The translations under genes were made by a program, and so were the position numbers. Under the pieces are notes generated by a model. It searched no databases. It was not told the DNA's origin and worked only from the letters and a program-made list of their open reading frames with translations. A stretch of DNA of 55,108 nucleotides from Nautiliaceae bacterium (GTDB lineage Bacteria > Campylobacterota > Campylobacteria > Campylobacterales > Nautiliaceae): the NCBI GenBank assembly GCA_027063595.1, contig JAMORJ010000128.1, positions 1 to 55,108 of the forward strand, read 5' to 3'. Positions 10,139 to 21,535 of the stretch are shown here, piece after piece (position 1 is the stretch's first letter; each line of letters begins with the position of its first letter).

Positions 10139-11107
10139 TTAAAAAATTATCTTATTAACTTCTTGCATTTTTTTACTTGCAATTTCTCTTGCTTTCTTAT
10201 TTGCTTTATTTATTATATCCAAAATTTCATCGTTATTTAAACTCGCCTTTTTTTCTCTAATTGGAGAAATTATTTTAGAAATATTAGCCGCACATCTTTT
10301 TTTACACTCAACGCATCCAATACTTCCAGTCATACAAGCATTTTTTATCTCTTCTACTTCATTAACATCGGAAAAAGCTTTATGATATTCAAAGACAATA
10401 CAAACTTCCGGATTTCCAGGATCTGTTTTTCTAATTCTTTGAGGATCCGTTTTTGCCAATCTAATTTTTTGCCAAATTTCTTCATCGCTTGAATCAAGAT
10501 AAATTGCATTATTGTAACTTTTTGACATTTTTCTTCCATCAATACCAGGAAGTCTTGGAGTCTTAGTTAATAACTCTTTTGGTTCTTTAAAAATTTCCGT
10601 TTTATAAATAAAATGGAAATGTCTAACTATTTCTCTTGCTAATTCCAAATGAGGCTTTTGATCCTCTCCAATTGGAACAATATCGGCATCATAAATTACT
10701 ATATCTGCCGTTTGTAAAACAGGATAAGTTAAAAACCCGGCATTATTTTTTTTCTTATACTCAGGCTGACTTACCAAATCCTTATAAGTAGGATTTCTTT
10801 CAAGCCAGCTAAGAGGCGTAATCATATTAAAAATCAAATAAAGTTCGGCATGTTCTTTTATGGCGCTTTGTACAAAAAGAGTAGATTTTTCGGGGTTAAT
10901 CCCACACGCTATCCACTCTTTTACAAGCTCTACGCTTAAATCCTTTAAACTCAACCCCTCATCATATTTTGTAGACAACGCATGCCAATCCGCTACAAAG
11001 AAAAAACATTCATTTTTTTCTTGTAATTCAAGCCAATTCTTAATAACTCCTAAATAATGTCCCAAATGAAGCTTACCCGTTGGTCTCATTCCACTTACTA
11101 CTCTCAA
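10139..11107 (-). CDS. trpS: tryptophan--tRNA ligase
   Basis: SGMRPTGKLHLGH (HIGH), YPVLQTADI, GEDQ, KMSKS; TTG start. Confidence 0.98.
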   Translation of the reverse strand: MRVVSGMRPTGKLHLGHYLGVIKNWLELQEKNECFFFVADWHALSTKYDEGLSLKDLSVELVKEWIACGINPEKSTLFVQSAIKEHAELYLIFNMITPLSWLERNPTYKDLVSQPEYKKKNNAGFLTYPVLQTADIVIYDADIVPIGEDQKPHLELAREIVRHFHFIYKTEIFKEPKELLTKTPRLPGIDGRKMSKSYNNAIYLDSSDEEIWQKIRLAKTDPQRIRKTDPGNPEVCIVFEYHKAFSDVNEVEEIKNACMTGSIGCVECKKRCAANISKIISPIREKKASLNNDEILDIINKANKKAREIASKKMQEVNKIIF

Positions 11108-11851
11108 AACTCCACTCCTATTTCTAAAAATATTCCTTTATAAGTTAATTTAGTTTCATTGTCTCCATCAACTCCAAAAATATCCTTATACCTATACCCC
11201 GCTTTAAAAAAAATTAACAGGCATGCTATATTTTATAGCACCTAAATAATCGTAATGATGATTATCTCCAGCTTTTGCCCACTTAAAACTTCCAATCAAA
11301 GAAACACCATAAAGTTTTAAAGTTTCAATTTTACCATATAAATAAGCTAAAGGCACACTCCAAGAATTATCTACAAAAGTTTTGTTGGAAGTAGAAATTT
11401 TTACATGTCCCTTCCAATAATCAACTCCAATTCCAGCATCTATATTGGCAAACAAAGAATTAAAAGTATAAAAAAAAGTAACATCATAAGAATCTATTTT
11501 CATTGAAGTATAAGCGTTTGTAATTACGGTTGGAATTTTTACATCAAAAATTTCTACATTTCCTACTATATAATTACTATAACCAGACGCATCATATTTA
11601 GTATATTGAAATTTAACATTAGGAAAAACAGAAACATCATGCGTTAATTTTATCCAAATAAAAGGATTTTTTTCATCTTTAAGCCCTAAATAACCCTTAT
11701 TAGGATTATTTGCTCTTTTATTACCAAAATAATTAATTACATTTCCGTTTTTTATATATCCTCCAATTTTTTGCTCTTCATATCCAATCCCACCACTTAT
11801 GCTAAAAGCATAAGCTAAAGTACCAAGTAACAAAAAAAAGCTACTTCTCAC
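11104..11851 (-). pseudogene. outer-membrane beta-barrel protein (TIGR04219-like), frameshifted at a T8 tract (11206-11213)
   Basis: Signal peptide plus amphipathic beta-strands. The frame stops at 11204. The shifted frame continues KAGYRYKDIFGVDGDNETKLTYKGIFLEIGVEF* to 11104, with a terminal Phe and a TTGA overlap with trpS. Confidence 0.8.
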
Positions 11852-13217
11852 TCCTGCTACCTTTTTCTCTTGGAATTAAAACAATAGGAGTTCCCGTAAA
11901 ATCTTCTTTTTGACGCAAAAAGTTAATTAAATACCTCTCATAAGAAAAATGAAGCTTTGGTCTATTCATTATTAAAGCTATTTGAGGAGGTTTTATAGCA
12001 AATTGAGTTGCATAATAAATTTTTATTTCTTTTCCTCTAACATCAGTTGGCAAATGATGTCTTGTGGTAGCTTCTTTAATCCATTCGTTAAGAGTTGAAG
12101 TAGGAATTCTTTTAGAGTAATTTCCATATACATAAATAATTTTTTCTTTTAATTTATCTATGTTTCTTTTGGTTTTTGCGCTTACTACCATAAAAGGAGC
12201 GTAATTTAAAAAGTCAAACCTATACTTAACCTCTTTTTCGAATTTTTTATAATCCATTTTTGCTTCATCCCATTTATTAGCAACAATAATACACGCATTT
12301 TTATGTTTTTGAATAAGACCACCTATTTTTTCGTCAAGCTCAACTATTCCTTCTTTAGCATCTAAAACCAAAATAGCTACATCCGCTTCTTTTAAAACTT
12401 CTTCGGTTCTTATTAGAGCATATTTTTCGATATCTTTAATTTTTCCTCTTCTCCTAATTCCTGCGGTATCTACAAAAGTAATGGTATATCCGTTAAAATA
12501 AATGCTCTCATCAATAGGATCAATCGTAGTTCCGTCAACATCACTAACTATTGAGCGTTCTTCTCCAACAAGAGCGTTTAACAAAGAACTTTTACCAACA
12601 TTTACTCTTCCTACAATAGCAACTTTTATCTCTTTTAACTCTTCAAGATTCTCACTATCTTCACTAAATAACTCTTCAAGAGGAATATCTTCTTCAATGC
12701 TCGTAGCTTCTATTATTTGTTTTTTCTTTGGAATAAATTCCTTAATTCTCTCAAGCAATTTCCCAACGCCTCTATTATGAGCGATGGAAATTGGATAAAC
12801 TTCTTCAATTCCAAGTTCATACCATTGCCAAACGTTATCCATCATTTTATCGTTATCTACTTTATTAACTATCAAAATAATAGGTTTATTTAATTTTTGT
12901 AAATTTCTTACATATTCAATCTCTTCCTCATCTGGAATCGTTTTTGCATCCACCATATAAAGAATCAAATCAGCTTCTTTTGCGGCTTCAAAAGCCTTCT
13001 CTTTTACTTTTTTAAATAACTCATCTCTCTCTTCAAGTCCACCAGTATCAAGCAAAACTACATCTTCTAAATCATCATCAAAACTTACAACTCTTTTTTT
13101 TATATCTCTTGTAGTTCCAGCTTTTTCGCTTACAATAGCATCTCTTTTTCTTACAACCCTATTAAAAAAACTGCTCTTACCAACATTTGGCTTACCTAAA
13201 ATCGCTATCTTTAGCAT
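11841..13217 (-). CDS. der: ribosome biogenesis GTPase Der (EngA)
   Basis: Two G domains (GKPNVGKS, GRVNVGKS; DTGG/DTAG; NKVD/NKWD) and a C-terminal KH-like domain. Confidence 0.98.
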   Translation of the reverse strand: MLKIAILGKPNVGKSSFFNRVVRKRDAIVSEKAGTTRDIKKRVVSFDDDLEDVVLLDTGGLEERDELFKKVKEKAFEAAKEADLILYMVDAKTIPDEEEIEYVRNLQKLNKPIILIVNKVDNDKMMDNVWQWYELGIEEVYPISIAHNRGVGKLLERIKEFIPKKKQIIEATSIEEDIPLEELFSEDSENLEELKEIKVAIVGRVNVGKSSLLNALVGEERSIVSDVDGTTIDPIDESIYFNGYTITFVDTAGIRRRGKIKDIEKYALIRTEEVLKEADVAILVLDAKEGIVELDEKIGGLIQKHKNACIIVANKWDEAKMDYKKFEKEVKYRFDFLNYAPFMVVSAKTKRNIDKLKEKIIYVYGNYSKRIPTSTLNEWIKEATTRHHLPTDVRGKEIKIYYATQFAIKPPQIALIMNRPKLHFSYERYLINFLRQKEDFTGTPIVLIPREKGSRSEK

Positions 13218-14770
13218 TAAATACTATCCTTATAACTAACTTTTTTGCTAAGTAAATCTTTCATATGAAGATAATTATTAAGCGCATTTATATAGGCTTT
13301 TGCGCTTGCAAGCATCGTATCAATACTTAATCCATGCCCCATCACAGGAGGCTTATTTTCGTCAAAAATAACTTTTACCATAACTTTTGCCAAAGCATCT
13401 TTCCCTTCTGTTACGGCTTCAACTTTATAATCAAGTAATTTTCCAGTAATTCCACTTATTCTATCTATTACTTTAAATACCGCATCAATCGTTCCCTCAC
13501 CAATTGCCGCATCTGTAAAAATTTTATTTTCAAATTTAATTTTAGCTGCCGCACTTGGCATTCCATCGCTACAATCGCTAAGTTGAAGAGAAATAAGTTC
13601 GTACACTTTTGGCGTTTTATCGCTTGCTTCATTTATTAACGCTAAAATATCTTCGTCATAAATTTCTTTTTTCTTATCAGCAAGCTTTTTAAATTTCATA
13701 AAAAGTTCGTTTAATTCTTCTTCACTTATATCGCTAAATCCAAGAGCTTCAAGTTTTTTCTTAAACGCGTGACGACCAGAATGTTTTCCAAGAACAATCG
13801 TATCTTTAACATCAAGCCCAATATCTTCAGCTCTCATAATTTCGTATGTTTCTTTATGTTTTAATACCCCATCTTGATGAATACCACTCTCATGAGCAAA
13901 AGCGTTTCTTCCAACTATCGCTTTATTTGGCTGAGGCTCAATTCCGGTAACACTTGAAACCAAACGACTTGTTGGATAAATTTCTTTTGTATTAATTCTT
14001 GTATCAATTCCATCAAACAAATCCCTTCTTACCTTTATTGCCATTACGATCTCTTCCAAAGCCGCATTTCCAGCTCTCTCTCCAAGCCCGTTTATCGTAC
14101 ATTCAACTTGTCTTGCGCCATTTAAGATAGAATACAAACTATTTGCTGTTGCTAATCCAAGATCATTATGGCAATGAACAGAAAAAATTATATCTTTTGG
14201 AAAATACTCAACCAATTCTTTAATCATAGCCCCCATTTCGGTTGGAAATCTATATCCAACCGTATCTGGAATATTTATGGTTTTTGCTCCAGCTTCAATT
14301 ACAGCAGAAATGATTTCCTTTAAAAAACTCATTTCACTTCTTCCAGCATCTTCACAAGAAAATTCAACATCATCAACAAAAGTTTTTGCATATTTTACTG
14401 CATCAACAGCTCTTTTTATTACTTCATCTGGAGTCATTCTAAGCTTATATTTCATATGAATCGGACTTGTGGCAATAAAAGTATGTATTCTTTTTAAAGG
14501 TGCCGGTTCAATTGCTTTTGCCGCAGCTTCAATATCTTTATCAAGAGCTCTTGCCAAAGAACAAACAGTAGATGTAGTAATCTCTTTTGCAATATTGTTT
14601 ATTGCTTCAAAATCTCCTGGACTTGCTGCTGCAAAACCAGCTTCTATAATATCGACTCTTAATTTTTCCAGTTGTTTTGCAACTTTTATTTTTTCTTCAA
14701 TTGTCATAGAAGCACCAGGAGATTGCTCCCCATCTCTTAAAGTAGTATCAAAAATTTTTACCATCTCCAT
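13217..14770 (-). CDS. leuA: 2-isopropylmalate synthase
   Basis: [36 protein letters not shown], regulatory C-domain. Confidence 0.98.
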   Translation of the reverse strand: MEMVKIFDTTLRDGEQSPGASMTIEEKIKVAKQLEKLRVDIIEAGFAAASPGDFEAINNIAKEITTSTVCSLARALDKDIEAAAKAIEPAPLKRIHTFIATSPIHMKYKLRMTPDEVIKRAVDAVKYAKTFVDDVEFSCEDAGRSEMSFLKEIISAVIEAGAKTINIPDTVGYRFPTEMGAMIKELVEYFPKDIIFSVHCHNDLGLATANSLYSILNGARQVECTINGLGERAGNAALEEIVMAIKVRRDLFDGIDTRINTKEIYPTSRLVSSVTGIEPQPNKAIVGRNAFAHESGIHQDGVLKHKETYEIMRAEDIGLDVKDTIVLGKHSGRHAFKKKLEALGFSDISEEELNELFMKFKKLADKKKEIYDEDILALINEASDKTPKVYELISLQLSDCSDGMPSAAAKIKFENKIFTDAAIGEGTIDAVFKVIDRISGITGKLLDYKVEAVTEGKDALAKVMVKVIFDENKPPVMGHGLSIDTMLASAKAYINALNNYLHMKDLLSKKVSYKDSI

Positions 14771-14789
14771 AAAAGTCCTTTTTTTAATA

Positions 14790-14818
14790 ATTATATAGTT
14801 TTTTTAAAAATTTGTCAA
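14790..14818 (-). promoter_or_regulatory. consensus sigma70 promoter for leuA-der: TTGACA-17bp-TATAAT
   Basis: Minus strand TTGACA (14818-14813), 17-bp spacer, TATAAT (14795-14790). Confidence 0.75.
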
Positions 14819-14831
14819 TGGAAAAAAATTA

Positions 14832-15542
14832 TTATTTAGTTTTAATTATCCTCATATAATTTTTTATTCCCCTCAAAACGCCATAAAAGACATAAATTGT
14901 TAAAATTATAGCAATTCCTTCTATAGGATACAAATAAATTAAACTTGCAATTACAATAATCAAAACCAAAACCTTTATAGCTACGCTTTTATTAAAATCG
15001 ATTTTTTTAAAACTCGGATATCTAAAATTGCTCACCATTAAAAAAGCAAGAAATAAAGCTCCAAAAAGAATTAAAATATCAAATCCTCCATCATATTTTA
15101 AATCAAGCATCACCCAACTACTAAGAACGACTGCCGCCGTTGGAATCGGAAGACCTATAAAATATCTTGGATCAATTTCGGCGGTAGTTACATTAAACCT
15201 TGCTAATCTTATTGCTCCAAAAACTACAAAAAGTCCGCTAATTAACGCTCCAAATCTTCCATAATGCTCACCTATGGCAAAAAAAAGCATCATCGCAGGA
15301 GCAACCCCAAAAGCAACTATATCGGCTAAAGAATCAAATTCTACTCCAAACTTAGAAGAAGTATTAGTAAGTCTTGCTATCCTTCCATCAAGCCCATCAG
15401 CAATTAGACTCAATATTATATAAATAAAAGCTTTTTCAAACTTTCCCTGAGATGAAGCAATAATACTCATTACTCCAAAAAAAGCAGACAAAGCCGTAAA
15501 AAAATTTGGAAGTAAATAAGCTAAATTAATCTTTTTTTGCAT
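14832..15542 (-). CDS. pssA: CDP-diacylglycerol--serine O-phosphatidyltransferase
   Basis: CDP-alcohol motif DGLDGRIAR...G..FDSLAD, RLARFN, FIGLPIP. Confidence 0.97.
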   Translation of the reverse strand: MQKKINLAYLLPNFFTALSAFFGVMSIIASSQGKFEKAFIYIILSLIADGLDGRIARLTNTSSKFGVEFDSLADIVAFGVAPAMMLFFAIGEHYGRFGALISGLFVVFGAIRLARFNVTTAEIDPRYFIGLPIPTAAVVLSSWVMLDLKYDGGFDILILFGALFLAFLMVSNFRYPSFKKIDFNKSVAIKVLVLIIVIASLIYLYPIEGIAIILTIYVFYGVLRGIKNYMRIIKTK

Positions 15543-16176
15543 CTTTAATATACCCTATTACACTCTCTCCTGCATATATCTTTTGAAATTCGGTAACTTT
15601 TATTTCCGTATTAAGAGGCAAATATATATCAACTTGAGAGCCAAAAGTTATCATTCCATATCTCTCAGCCAATTTAATAACCCCTAAATCTCTAAACATT
15701 ATAATTCTTCTTGTAATAAATCCAGCAATTTGATTAACCACAATTTCTCCTAATTCATTTTTAAACAAAACCCTATTTTGTTCGTTTAATTCACTAGCTT
15801 TTGGAGAATTTAACGCAAGAAACGCTCCATGAATATACTCTCTTGCCGCCATTTCCCCTTCAATCGGACTTCTTTGAATATGAAGATCAAAAAGACTTAA
15901 CTTCACAGAAATCTTAATAGATTCCTTTTTAGTAATTGGAGAAATTTGATTGGTAATTTCTACAATAGTCCCATCCGTTGGAGAAATAATTACATCTTTA
16001 CCTTCTTCTTCCGGTATTCTCTCGGGATTTCTAAAAAAATAAACCATAAAAGCAAATAGAGCAAAAAAAATTAATTGTAAAATAGTTGGAAACTTAAAAA
16101 TTAAAGATATCAAAAAAAGAATACCGCTAACGACTATAAAAGGATAGCCCTCTTTAAGAATTATTTCCGTTTTCAT
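15526..16176 (-). CDS. phosphatidylserine decarboxylase-related protein (PSD-A type, Cj1115c-like)
   Basis: [26 protein letters not shown] cleavage-type motif; directly upstream of pssA. Confidence 0.88.
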   Translation of the reverse strand: MKTEIILKEGYPFIVVSGILFLISLIFKFPTILQLIFFALFAFMVYFFRNPERIPEEEGKDVIISPTDGTIVEITNQISPITKKESIKISVKLSLFDLHIQRSPIEGEMAAREYIHGAFLALNSPKASELNEQNRVLFKNELGEIVVNQIAGFITRRIIMFRDLGVIKLAERYGMITFGSQVDIYLPLNTEIKVTEFQKIYAGESVIGYIKDAKKD

Positions 16177-18034
16177 TTTCGTTTTTTCCTTTTAATTTTT
16201 CTTCGTATTCTTTAATAAGTTCTCTTACTCTTTTCCCATCAATTACCTCTTTTTCATACAACTCTTCTACCATCTTCTCAATAACGGGAGCATATTTTTT
16301 TAATATACTCTTTACATATTCATATCTCTCATCTAAAAATTTTTTTATAAACTTATCGACTTCTTCTTGAGTTTTTTCAGAATATTCTCTTGCTTGAGAA
16401 AAATTTCCTAAAAATCTATTAGTTTGTTTCTCAAGCACCATAAGTCCCGCTACATCACTCATTCCATACATACTAACCATTGCTCTTACAATGTCAGTTG
16501 CTCTTTCAAGATCATTACCAGCACCTGTTGAGATTTCTCCAATAAACAACTCTTCAGCTGCTCTTCCTCCAAGTAATGTATCAACTTCGGCAATAAGCTC
16601 TTTTTTTTGCATTAAAAATTTATCTTCTTCTGGCATATTTAAAGTATATCCAAGAGCGGCGAGTCCTCTTGGAACGATAGAAACTTTTTTAACTTTTTTT
16701 GCTTCAGGAATTACTTCCGCTACAACAGCATGCCCACTCTCATGATAAGCAACAATTTTTTTATCTTTTTCATTAAGTCTTCTACTTTTCTTTTCAAGCC
16801 CAGCTATTTGTCTTTCAACCGCTTCTACAAACTCTTCTTGATTAACTTCTTTTTTGCCTTTTCTACCGGCAAGCAAAGCAGCTTCGTTTACAATGTTTGC
16901 AAGATCGGCTCCAGCAAGTCCCGCCGTCATTCTTGCTATTTCTTCCAAATCTACATCTTCGCCAGCTTTAATTTTTTTAACATGAACTTTTAAAATTTCG
17001 ACTCTTCCTTTAAAATCAGGTTTATCTACAAGTACTTGTCTATCAAATCTTCCCGGTCTAAGAAGAGCCGGATCGAGAATTTCAGGACGGTTCGTAGCTG
17101 CAAGAACAATTACCGGCTCATTAGAATCAAATCCATCCATCTCTGCAAGTAATTGATTTAAAGTTTGCTCTCTTTCGTCATTTCCTCCCATCATCCCGCT
17201 AGCGGCACGAGATTTACCTATTGCATCGATTTCATCTATAAAAATAATACTTGGAGCTTCTTTTTTAGCTTGATTAAAAAGATCTCTTACCCTTGCTGCA
17301 CCTACCCCAACAAACATTTCAATAAAGCTACTTCCACTTACTGCAAAAAATGGCACATCGGCTTCCCCGGCTACCGCTTTAGCTAATAATGTTTTCCCTG
17401 TTCCAGGAGGTCCTACAAGCAATACTCCTTTTGGAATTTTTGCCCCAAGTTCGATATATCTATCCGGATTTTTTAAAAAGTCCACAATCTCTTTTACTTC
17501 TTCTTTTGCTTCTTCATTCCCAGCTACATCATCAAATTTAACATCAGGTTTTTCGCTTTTAATTAAACCTTTTGCACTTCCAATTCCAAGAACGCTTCCC
17601 ATTCCTTTTTGCATTCTACTTGCCAAAAACATCCAAATAGCAAAAAATATAAAAATAGGAATAATCCATCCAAAAATCAAATCGCTTAACCAATTATTAT
17701 CATTTATCGCCCCATAAGGAACTTTGTATTTATCCAAAATTTCAACTAATGTAGGATCATTTGGAACTTTTTGAACGCTAATAATTTCCCCATCTTTCAA
17801 TTTTGCCTTAATATAATGTCTTCCAATAGCTACATATTCCAGTTTTCCTTTTTTTGCTAATTCTTTTAAATCCGAATAACTATAAGCGATAATTTGCTTA
17901 CTATTGAAACTATTTAAATTATTTTCAACATTTGGAGCAATACTTCTAAAAATAACTACTATTAAAATAGCAAATATTATAAAAAACAAAAGAGGGTTTT
18001 TATTAAAAAAATTATTATCAGGCTTTTTTTCCAT
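16154..18034 (-). CDS. ftsH: ATP-dependent zinc metalloprotease FtsH
   Basis: Two TMs, Walker [22 protein letters not shown] zinc motif; ATG at 18034 chosen from the AAAGGA RBS. Confidence 0.99.
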   Translation of the reverse strand: MEKKPDNNFFNKNPLLFFIIFAILIVVIFRSIAPNVENNLNSFNSKQIIAYSYSDLKELAKKGKLEYVAIGRHYIKAKLKDGEIISVQKVPNDPTLVEILDKYKVPYGAINDNNWLSDLIFGWIIPIFIFFAIWMFLASRMQKGMGSVLGIGSAKGLIKSEKPDVKFDDVAGNEEAKEEVKEIVDFLKNPDRYIELGAKIPKGVLLVGPPGTGKTLLAKAVAGEADVPFFAVSGSSFIEMFVGVGAARVRDLFNQAKKEAPSIIFIDEIDAIGKSRAASGMMGGNDEREQTLNQLLAEMDGFDSNEPVIVLAATNRPEILDPALLRPGRFDRQVLVDKPDFKGRVEILKVHVKKIKAGEDVDLEEIARMTAGLAGADLANIVNEAALLAGRKGKKEVNQEEFVEAVERQIAGLEKKSRRLNEKDKKIVAYHESGHAVVAEVIPEAKKVKKVSIVPRGLAALGYTLNMPEEDKFLMQKKELIAEVDTLLGGRAAEELFIGEISTGAGNDLERATDIVRAMVSMYGMSDVAGLMVLEKQTNRFLGNFSQAREYSEKTQEEVDKFIKKFLDERYEYVKSILKKYAPVIEKMVEELYEKEVIDGKRVRELIKEYEEKLKGKNENENGNNS

Positions 18035-18857
18035 CAATATCCTTTCTCAAAACGAGCGTTATCCACTCATTTTCTTTTATTTCTTTTTCCACTTTAAAAT
18101 CTTTATATTTATCAAGCACTTTATTTTTATATTTATCAATTATACCCGAGAGGATTAAAATATCCTTAACTTTCTTTTTTAAATCATTTGCTATAAATAC
18201 TAATACATCAGCTATTATATTTGCTACCACAACATCATATTCTTTATTGGTATTATTTACGCTTCCTTGCCAAACTTCATTATACTTAGCATTATTTAAT
18301 TTAAAATTTTCTTTCGTACTTTTTATCGCAAGAGGGTCCGTATCGCAAGCATCTACAATGGCTCCTAATTTACTTGCAACAATTCCTAAAATTCCGCTAC
18401 CACATCCTACATCCAAAAAAGTATCTCCATTTTTTACATATTCTTTTATAGCTTTTATACAACTTTTAGTGGTTTCATGATGACCGCTTCCAAAAGCAAG
18501 AGCCGGATCAATTACTATATTAATTTTATTCTCCTTTGGGGGATACCATGAAGGATGAATGTAAAATTCATCAATCTCAACCGGTTTAATAGAATTTTGA
18601 TACGCTTCAATCCAATCTTTATTCTCTTTCTTCGCTAATTTAATATCCAAATCAATTTTCGTATTAAAAATTTCTTCTAAAGCTTTTACATAATTTTTCA
18701 ATTCTTCAATTAATTCATCAAAATTATCTTCACTTCTTAAAATCAAACTATTATTTTTCTCTTCTATCCCATTAAAAAATCTATCCATTAAAAAAGATTC
18801 TATTTCATCTTTAAAAGAAGAAGGGGTAATTACTAGCTCATAATAAAATTTCTTCAA
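18018..18857 (-). CDS. prmA: 50S ribosomal protein L11 methyltransferase
   Basis: [31 protein letters not shown]. Confidence 0.97.
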   Translation of the reverse strand: MKKFYYELVITPSSFKDEIESFLMDRFFNGIEEKNNSLILRSEDNFDELIEELKNYVKALEEIFNTKIDLDIKLAKKENKDWIEAYQNSIKPVEIDEFYIHPSWYPPKENKINIVIDPALAFGSGHHETTKSCIKAIKEYVKNGDTFLDVGCGSGILGIVASKLGAIVDACDTDPLAIKSTKENFKLNNAKYNEVWQGSVNNTNKEYDVVVANIIADVLVFIANDLKKKVKDILILSGIIDKYKNKVLDKYKDFKVEKEIKENEWITLVLRKDIDGKKA

Positions 18858-18866
18858 TAAATCTCC

Positions 18867-19247
18867 TTACATTTTAATACCCATTTGTTCCAACTTTTGT
18901 TTTAATACTTGAGGAGTAAACGGTTTTGCGATATAGTTATTTACTCCGGCTTTAAGCGCTGCTATAACATTTTCTTTTTTAGTTTCAGTCGTTACCATAA
19001 CTATTTTAATATGATCATATTTTGGGTTGGCTCTAACAATTTTTAAAAATTCAAATCCATTCATCTTTGGCATATTCCAATCAAGAAAAATAATTTTTAT
19101 CTCATCTGCATGCTCTTCTAAAATTTTAAGAGCTTCTTCACCATCTCCAGCTTCCAAAAAATGTTCATCACTAAATCCAAGTTTTTTTAAAACATTTTTA
19201 ATAATAGTCCTCATAGTTTTAGCATCATCGACAATTAGAATTTTCAT
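18867..19247 (-). CDS. cheY: chemotaxis response regulator CheY
   Basis: Stand-alone receiver (ILIVDD, DWNMPKMNG, MVTTE, KPFTPQVL) in the conserved position before prmA-ftsH; ATG 19247 after AAGGAG. Confidence 0.93.
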   Translation of the reverse strand: MKILIVDDAKTMRTIIKNVLKKLGFSDEHFLEAGDGEEALKILEEHADEIKIIFLDWNMPKMNGFEFLKIVRANPKYDHIKIVMVTTETKKENVIAALKAGVNNYIAKPFTPQVLKQKLEQMGIKM

Positions 19248-19281
19248 AAACACTCCTTAAAATATATAATTTTTTCTTATA

Positions 19282-19311
19282 AGTATATCGACATTTTTGA
19301 AAAAAAATTAT
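19282..19311 (-). promoter_or_regulatory. candidate cheY promoter: sigma28-like GTCGATAT overlapping sigma70-like TATACT
   Basis: Minus strand GTCGATATACT in the hisA-cheY gap; the -35 match is weak. Confidence 0.4.
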
Positions 19312-20015
19312 ACAAAATTTTTAAACACTTTTTCTAAATCAATTTTACCTTCATAAAAGGCTTTCCCTACAATTACTCCATAAATGCCATTTTCTTTAAC
19401 TTTTTTTATATCATCCTCACTTTTAACTCCGCCGCTTGCAATCACATTTTTTTTACTTGCTTTCATTATATCTAAAATAAAATCAATATTCAATCCACTA
19501 AGCGTCCCATCTTTTGAAATGTCTGTTGCTATAATACACTCAATTTCACTATCTTCATATTCCTTGGCAAGTTCTATAGCATCTATTTTACTACTTTTAC
19601 CCCATCCATCAATGGCAACTTTCCCATCTTTTGCATCGATTCCAACAGCAATAGGATATTTTTTTGCAAGCTCTTTTACCATTTGAGGATTTTTAGCGGC
19701 AATACTTCCTAAAATTAATCTATTTATACCTAAATCCAAATATCTTTTTATAGTTTCTTCATCTCTTATTCCACCGCCTAATTGAATTTTAAGATTTGTA
19801 TTTTTTCTTATTTTTTCTATTTGTTCTATATTCTTAGGCTCTCCAGCAAAGGCTCCATTTAAATCCACAATGTGAAGCCAACTTGCTCCCATATCTTCAA
19901 ATCTTTTTGCAAGCTCCCAAGGTTCGTCGCTATAAATCTTTGCCGTTTCCATTAAACCTTTTGTAAGTCTAACGGCTTTACCATCTTTTAAATCAATTGC
20001 CGGAAAAACTATCAT
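19308..20015 (-). CDS. hisA: ProFAR isomerase HisA
   Basis: [40 protein letters not shown]. Confidence 0.98.
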   Translation of the reverse strand: MIVFPAIDLKDGKAVRLTKGLMETAKIYSDEPWELAKRFEDMGASWLHIVDLNGAFAGEPKNIEQIEKIRKNTNLKIQLGGGIRDEETIKRYLDLGINRLILGSIAAKNPQMVKELAKKYPIAVGIDAKDGKVAIDGWGKSSKIDAIELAKEYEDSEIECIIATDISKDGTLSGLNIDFILDIMKASKKNVIASGGVKSEDDIKKVKENGIYGVIVGKAFYEGKIDLEKVFKNFV

Positions 20016-20024
20016 CGTATCTCC

Positions 20025-20630
20025 TTATAATCTTACAAAATTTTCAATAACTTTTAACCCTTCGTTATGAGATTTTTCAGGATGCGGTTGAAAACCAAAT
20101 ACGTTATCTTTATTAACAGCGCTTACAAATTTATACCCATAATAAGTTTCTCCTATTACATATTTTTCCTCACACACAACATGGTAAGAATGCACAAAAT
20201 AAAGATAAGGATCGCATAAATCTTTAAATAAAGGAGATTGCCCCTTAAAAAACATTTTATTCCATCCCATATGAGGAACTTTATGACCTTTCAATTTCTT
20301 TTCGTCAAATCTCACAACTTCTCCTGGAAGAACTCCAAGTCCCTCGTGCTCTCCAAATTCATACCCTTTTTCGAATAAAAGCTGCATTCCAAGACATACT
20401 CCAAGCACGTATTTACCGCTTTTAATAAATTCTATCATAGCTTCATCAAGATTCGTTTCTCTCAAATGCTTAATAGCATCGCCAAAAGCCCCCACTCCAG
20501 GAAAAAAAAGTTTATCATAGTTTTTTAATTTATCGGCATCTTTTACAACCTCAGCCTTTACTCCAACCTTTTCAAAAGCATTTTTCACGCTTGCTAAATT
20601 TCCCATATTATAATCTACAATCCCTATCAT
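20025..20630 (-). CDS. hisH: imidazole glycerol phosphate synthase glutaminase subunit
   Basis: DYNMGN, PGVGAF, GVCLGMQ, PHMGWN, QPHPEKS. Confidence 0.98.
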   Translation of the reverse strand: MIGIVDYNMGNLASVKNAFEKVGVKAEVVKDADKLKNYDKLFFPGVGAFGDAIKHLRETNLDEAMIEFIKSGKYVLGVCLGMQLLFEKGYEFGEHEGLGVLPGEVVRFDEKKLKGHKVPHMGWNKMFFKGQSPLFKDLCDPYLYFVHSYHVVCEEKYVIGETYYGYKFVSAVNKDNVFGFQPHPEKSHNEGLKVIENFVRL

Positions 20631-20638
20631 AACCACAC

Positions 20639-21535
20639 CTATTTCATATCTTTTCCAACGCTTTTCATATAATACGCAAGCCCTACCAATAAAGCTGTTA
20701 CCGCTCCAATAAGCATTGCAGAATAAATCAATTTATGAGGAGCAATCATAGCAAATTTAAATACAAGCATCAATCCTTCAATAGCAAGCGCAATTACTAT
20801 ACTACCAAGAAACTTTATCATCGTTTTATGAATTGCAAAAGGATGTTCTTCTTTCTCTCCTATTACTTCTTCGTAAAGAAGAGTCTTTACCAAATCAAAA
20901 AGAGCAAGAGACAAAGTAATTAAAATTGTTGCTTCAAACATCTTTTTAACTTCGATACTCTGAAGCGTATAAGTAAAAAACATTTTTATCCCATCAACAA
21001 ACAACAAAACACAAATTGCAAACAAAGCCGCCGCAAAAATAGCATAAACTACTCTATTAAAATTATGAACCCAAGTATCTCCTCTTTCTTTATGAACAAA
21101 TTTTAAAAGATCTTTTAAAGGAATATCAATTACAGCAACATATAACAACTCCCCTTTATCGTTAAAAATTGGCATAGCCGCACTAACGACCATATCCCCT
21201 CCAAGCAAACTTGGATAAGGATCGGTTAAAATACATTTTTTCTCTTTTACCGCTTTATAAAAATAAGTTCTATTCGATTGATTTAGCTCAATATAATACT
21301 TTTCATACTCTTTTTTTAAAGTAATAATTTTACTAATTTGTTTTCCTCCAGCATCTAAAATATAAGCTCCATTTGCAAACGGAATTTCGTGAATTATTCT
21401 TTGAAGACCTTCATAAATTGCGTCTATACCTATGTTAGGAAGTCTATTTGGCAAATTTCTTTGAAGTAAATAGCAAAAATACGCTCTTGCTTCTTTTCTG
21501 ATTTTTTGAAACTCTTGAATTTCACTTATGTACAT
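20639..21535 (-). CDS. pglG: PglG-like protein (PDC/Cache domain plus C-terminal multi-TM domain)
   Basis: ARAYFCYLLQRNLPNRLP and RTYFYKAV...DPYPS recall C. jejuni PglG; lies near cheY-prmA-ftsH as in Campylobacter. Confidence 0.75.
   Translation of the reverse strand: MYISEIQEFQKIRKEARAYFCYLLQRNLPNRLPNIGIDAIYEGLQRIIHEIPFANGAYILDAGGKQISKIITLKKEYEKYYIELNQSNRTYFYKAVKEKKCILTDPYPSLLGGDMVVSAAMPIFNDKGELLYVAVIDIPLKDLLKFVHKERGDTWVHNFNRVVYAIFAAALFAICVLLFVDGIKMFFTYTLQSIEVKKMFEATILITLSLALFDLVKTLLYEEVIGEKEEHPFAIHKTMIKFLGSIVIALAIEGLMLVFKFAMIAPHKLIYSAMLIGAVTALLVGLAYYMKSVGKDMK

Noticed and set aside
8128-16176. Two phosphatidylserine decarboxylase genes as a novelty
   Set aside because: A PSD-B type psd plus a PSD-A-like gene next to pssA is already known in Campylobacter
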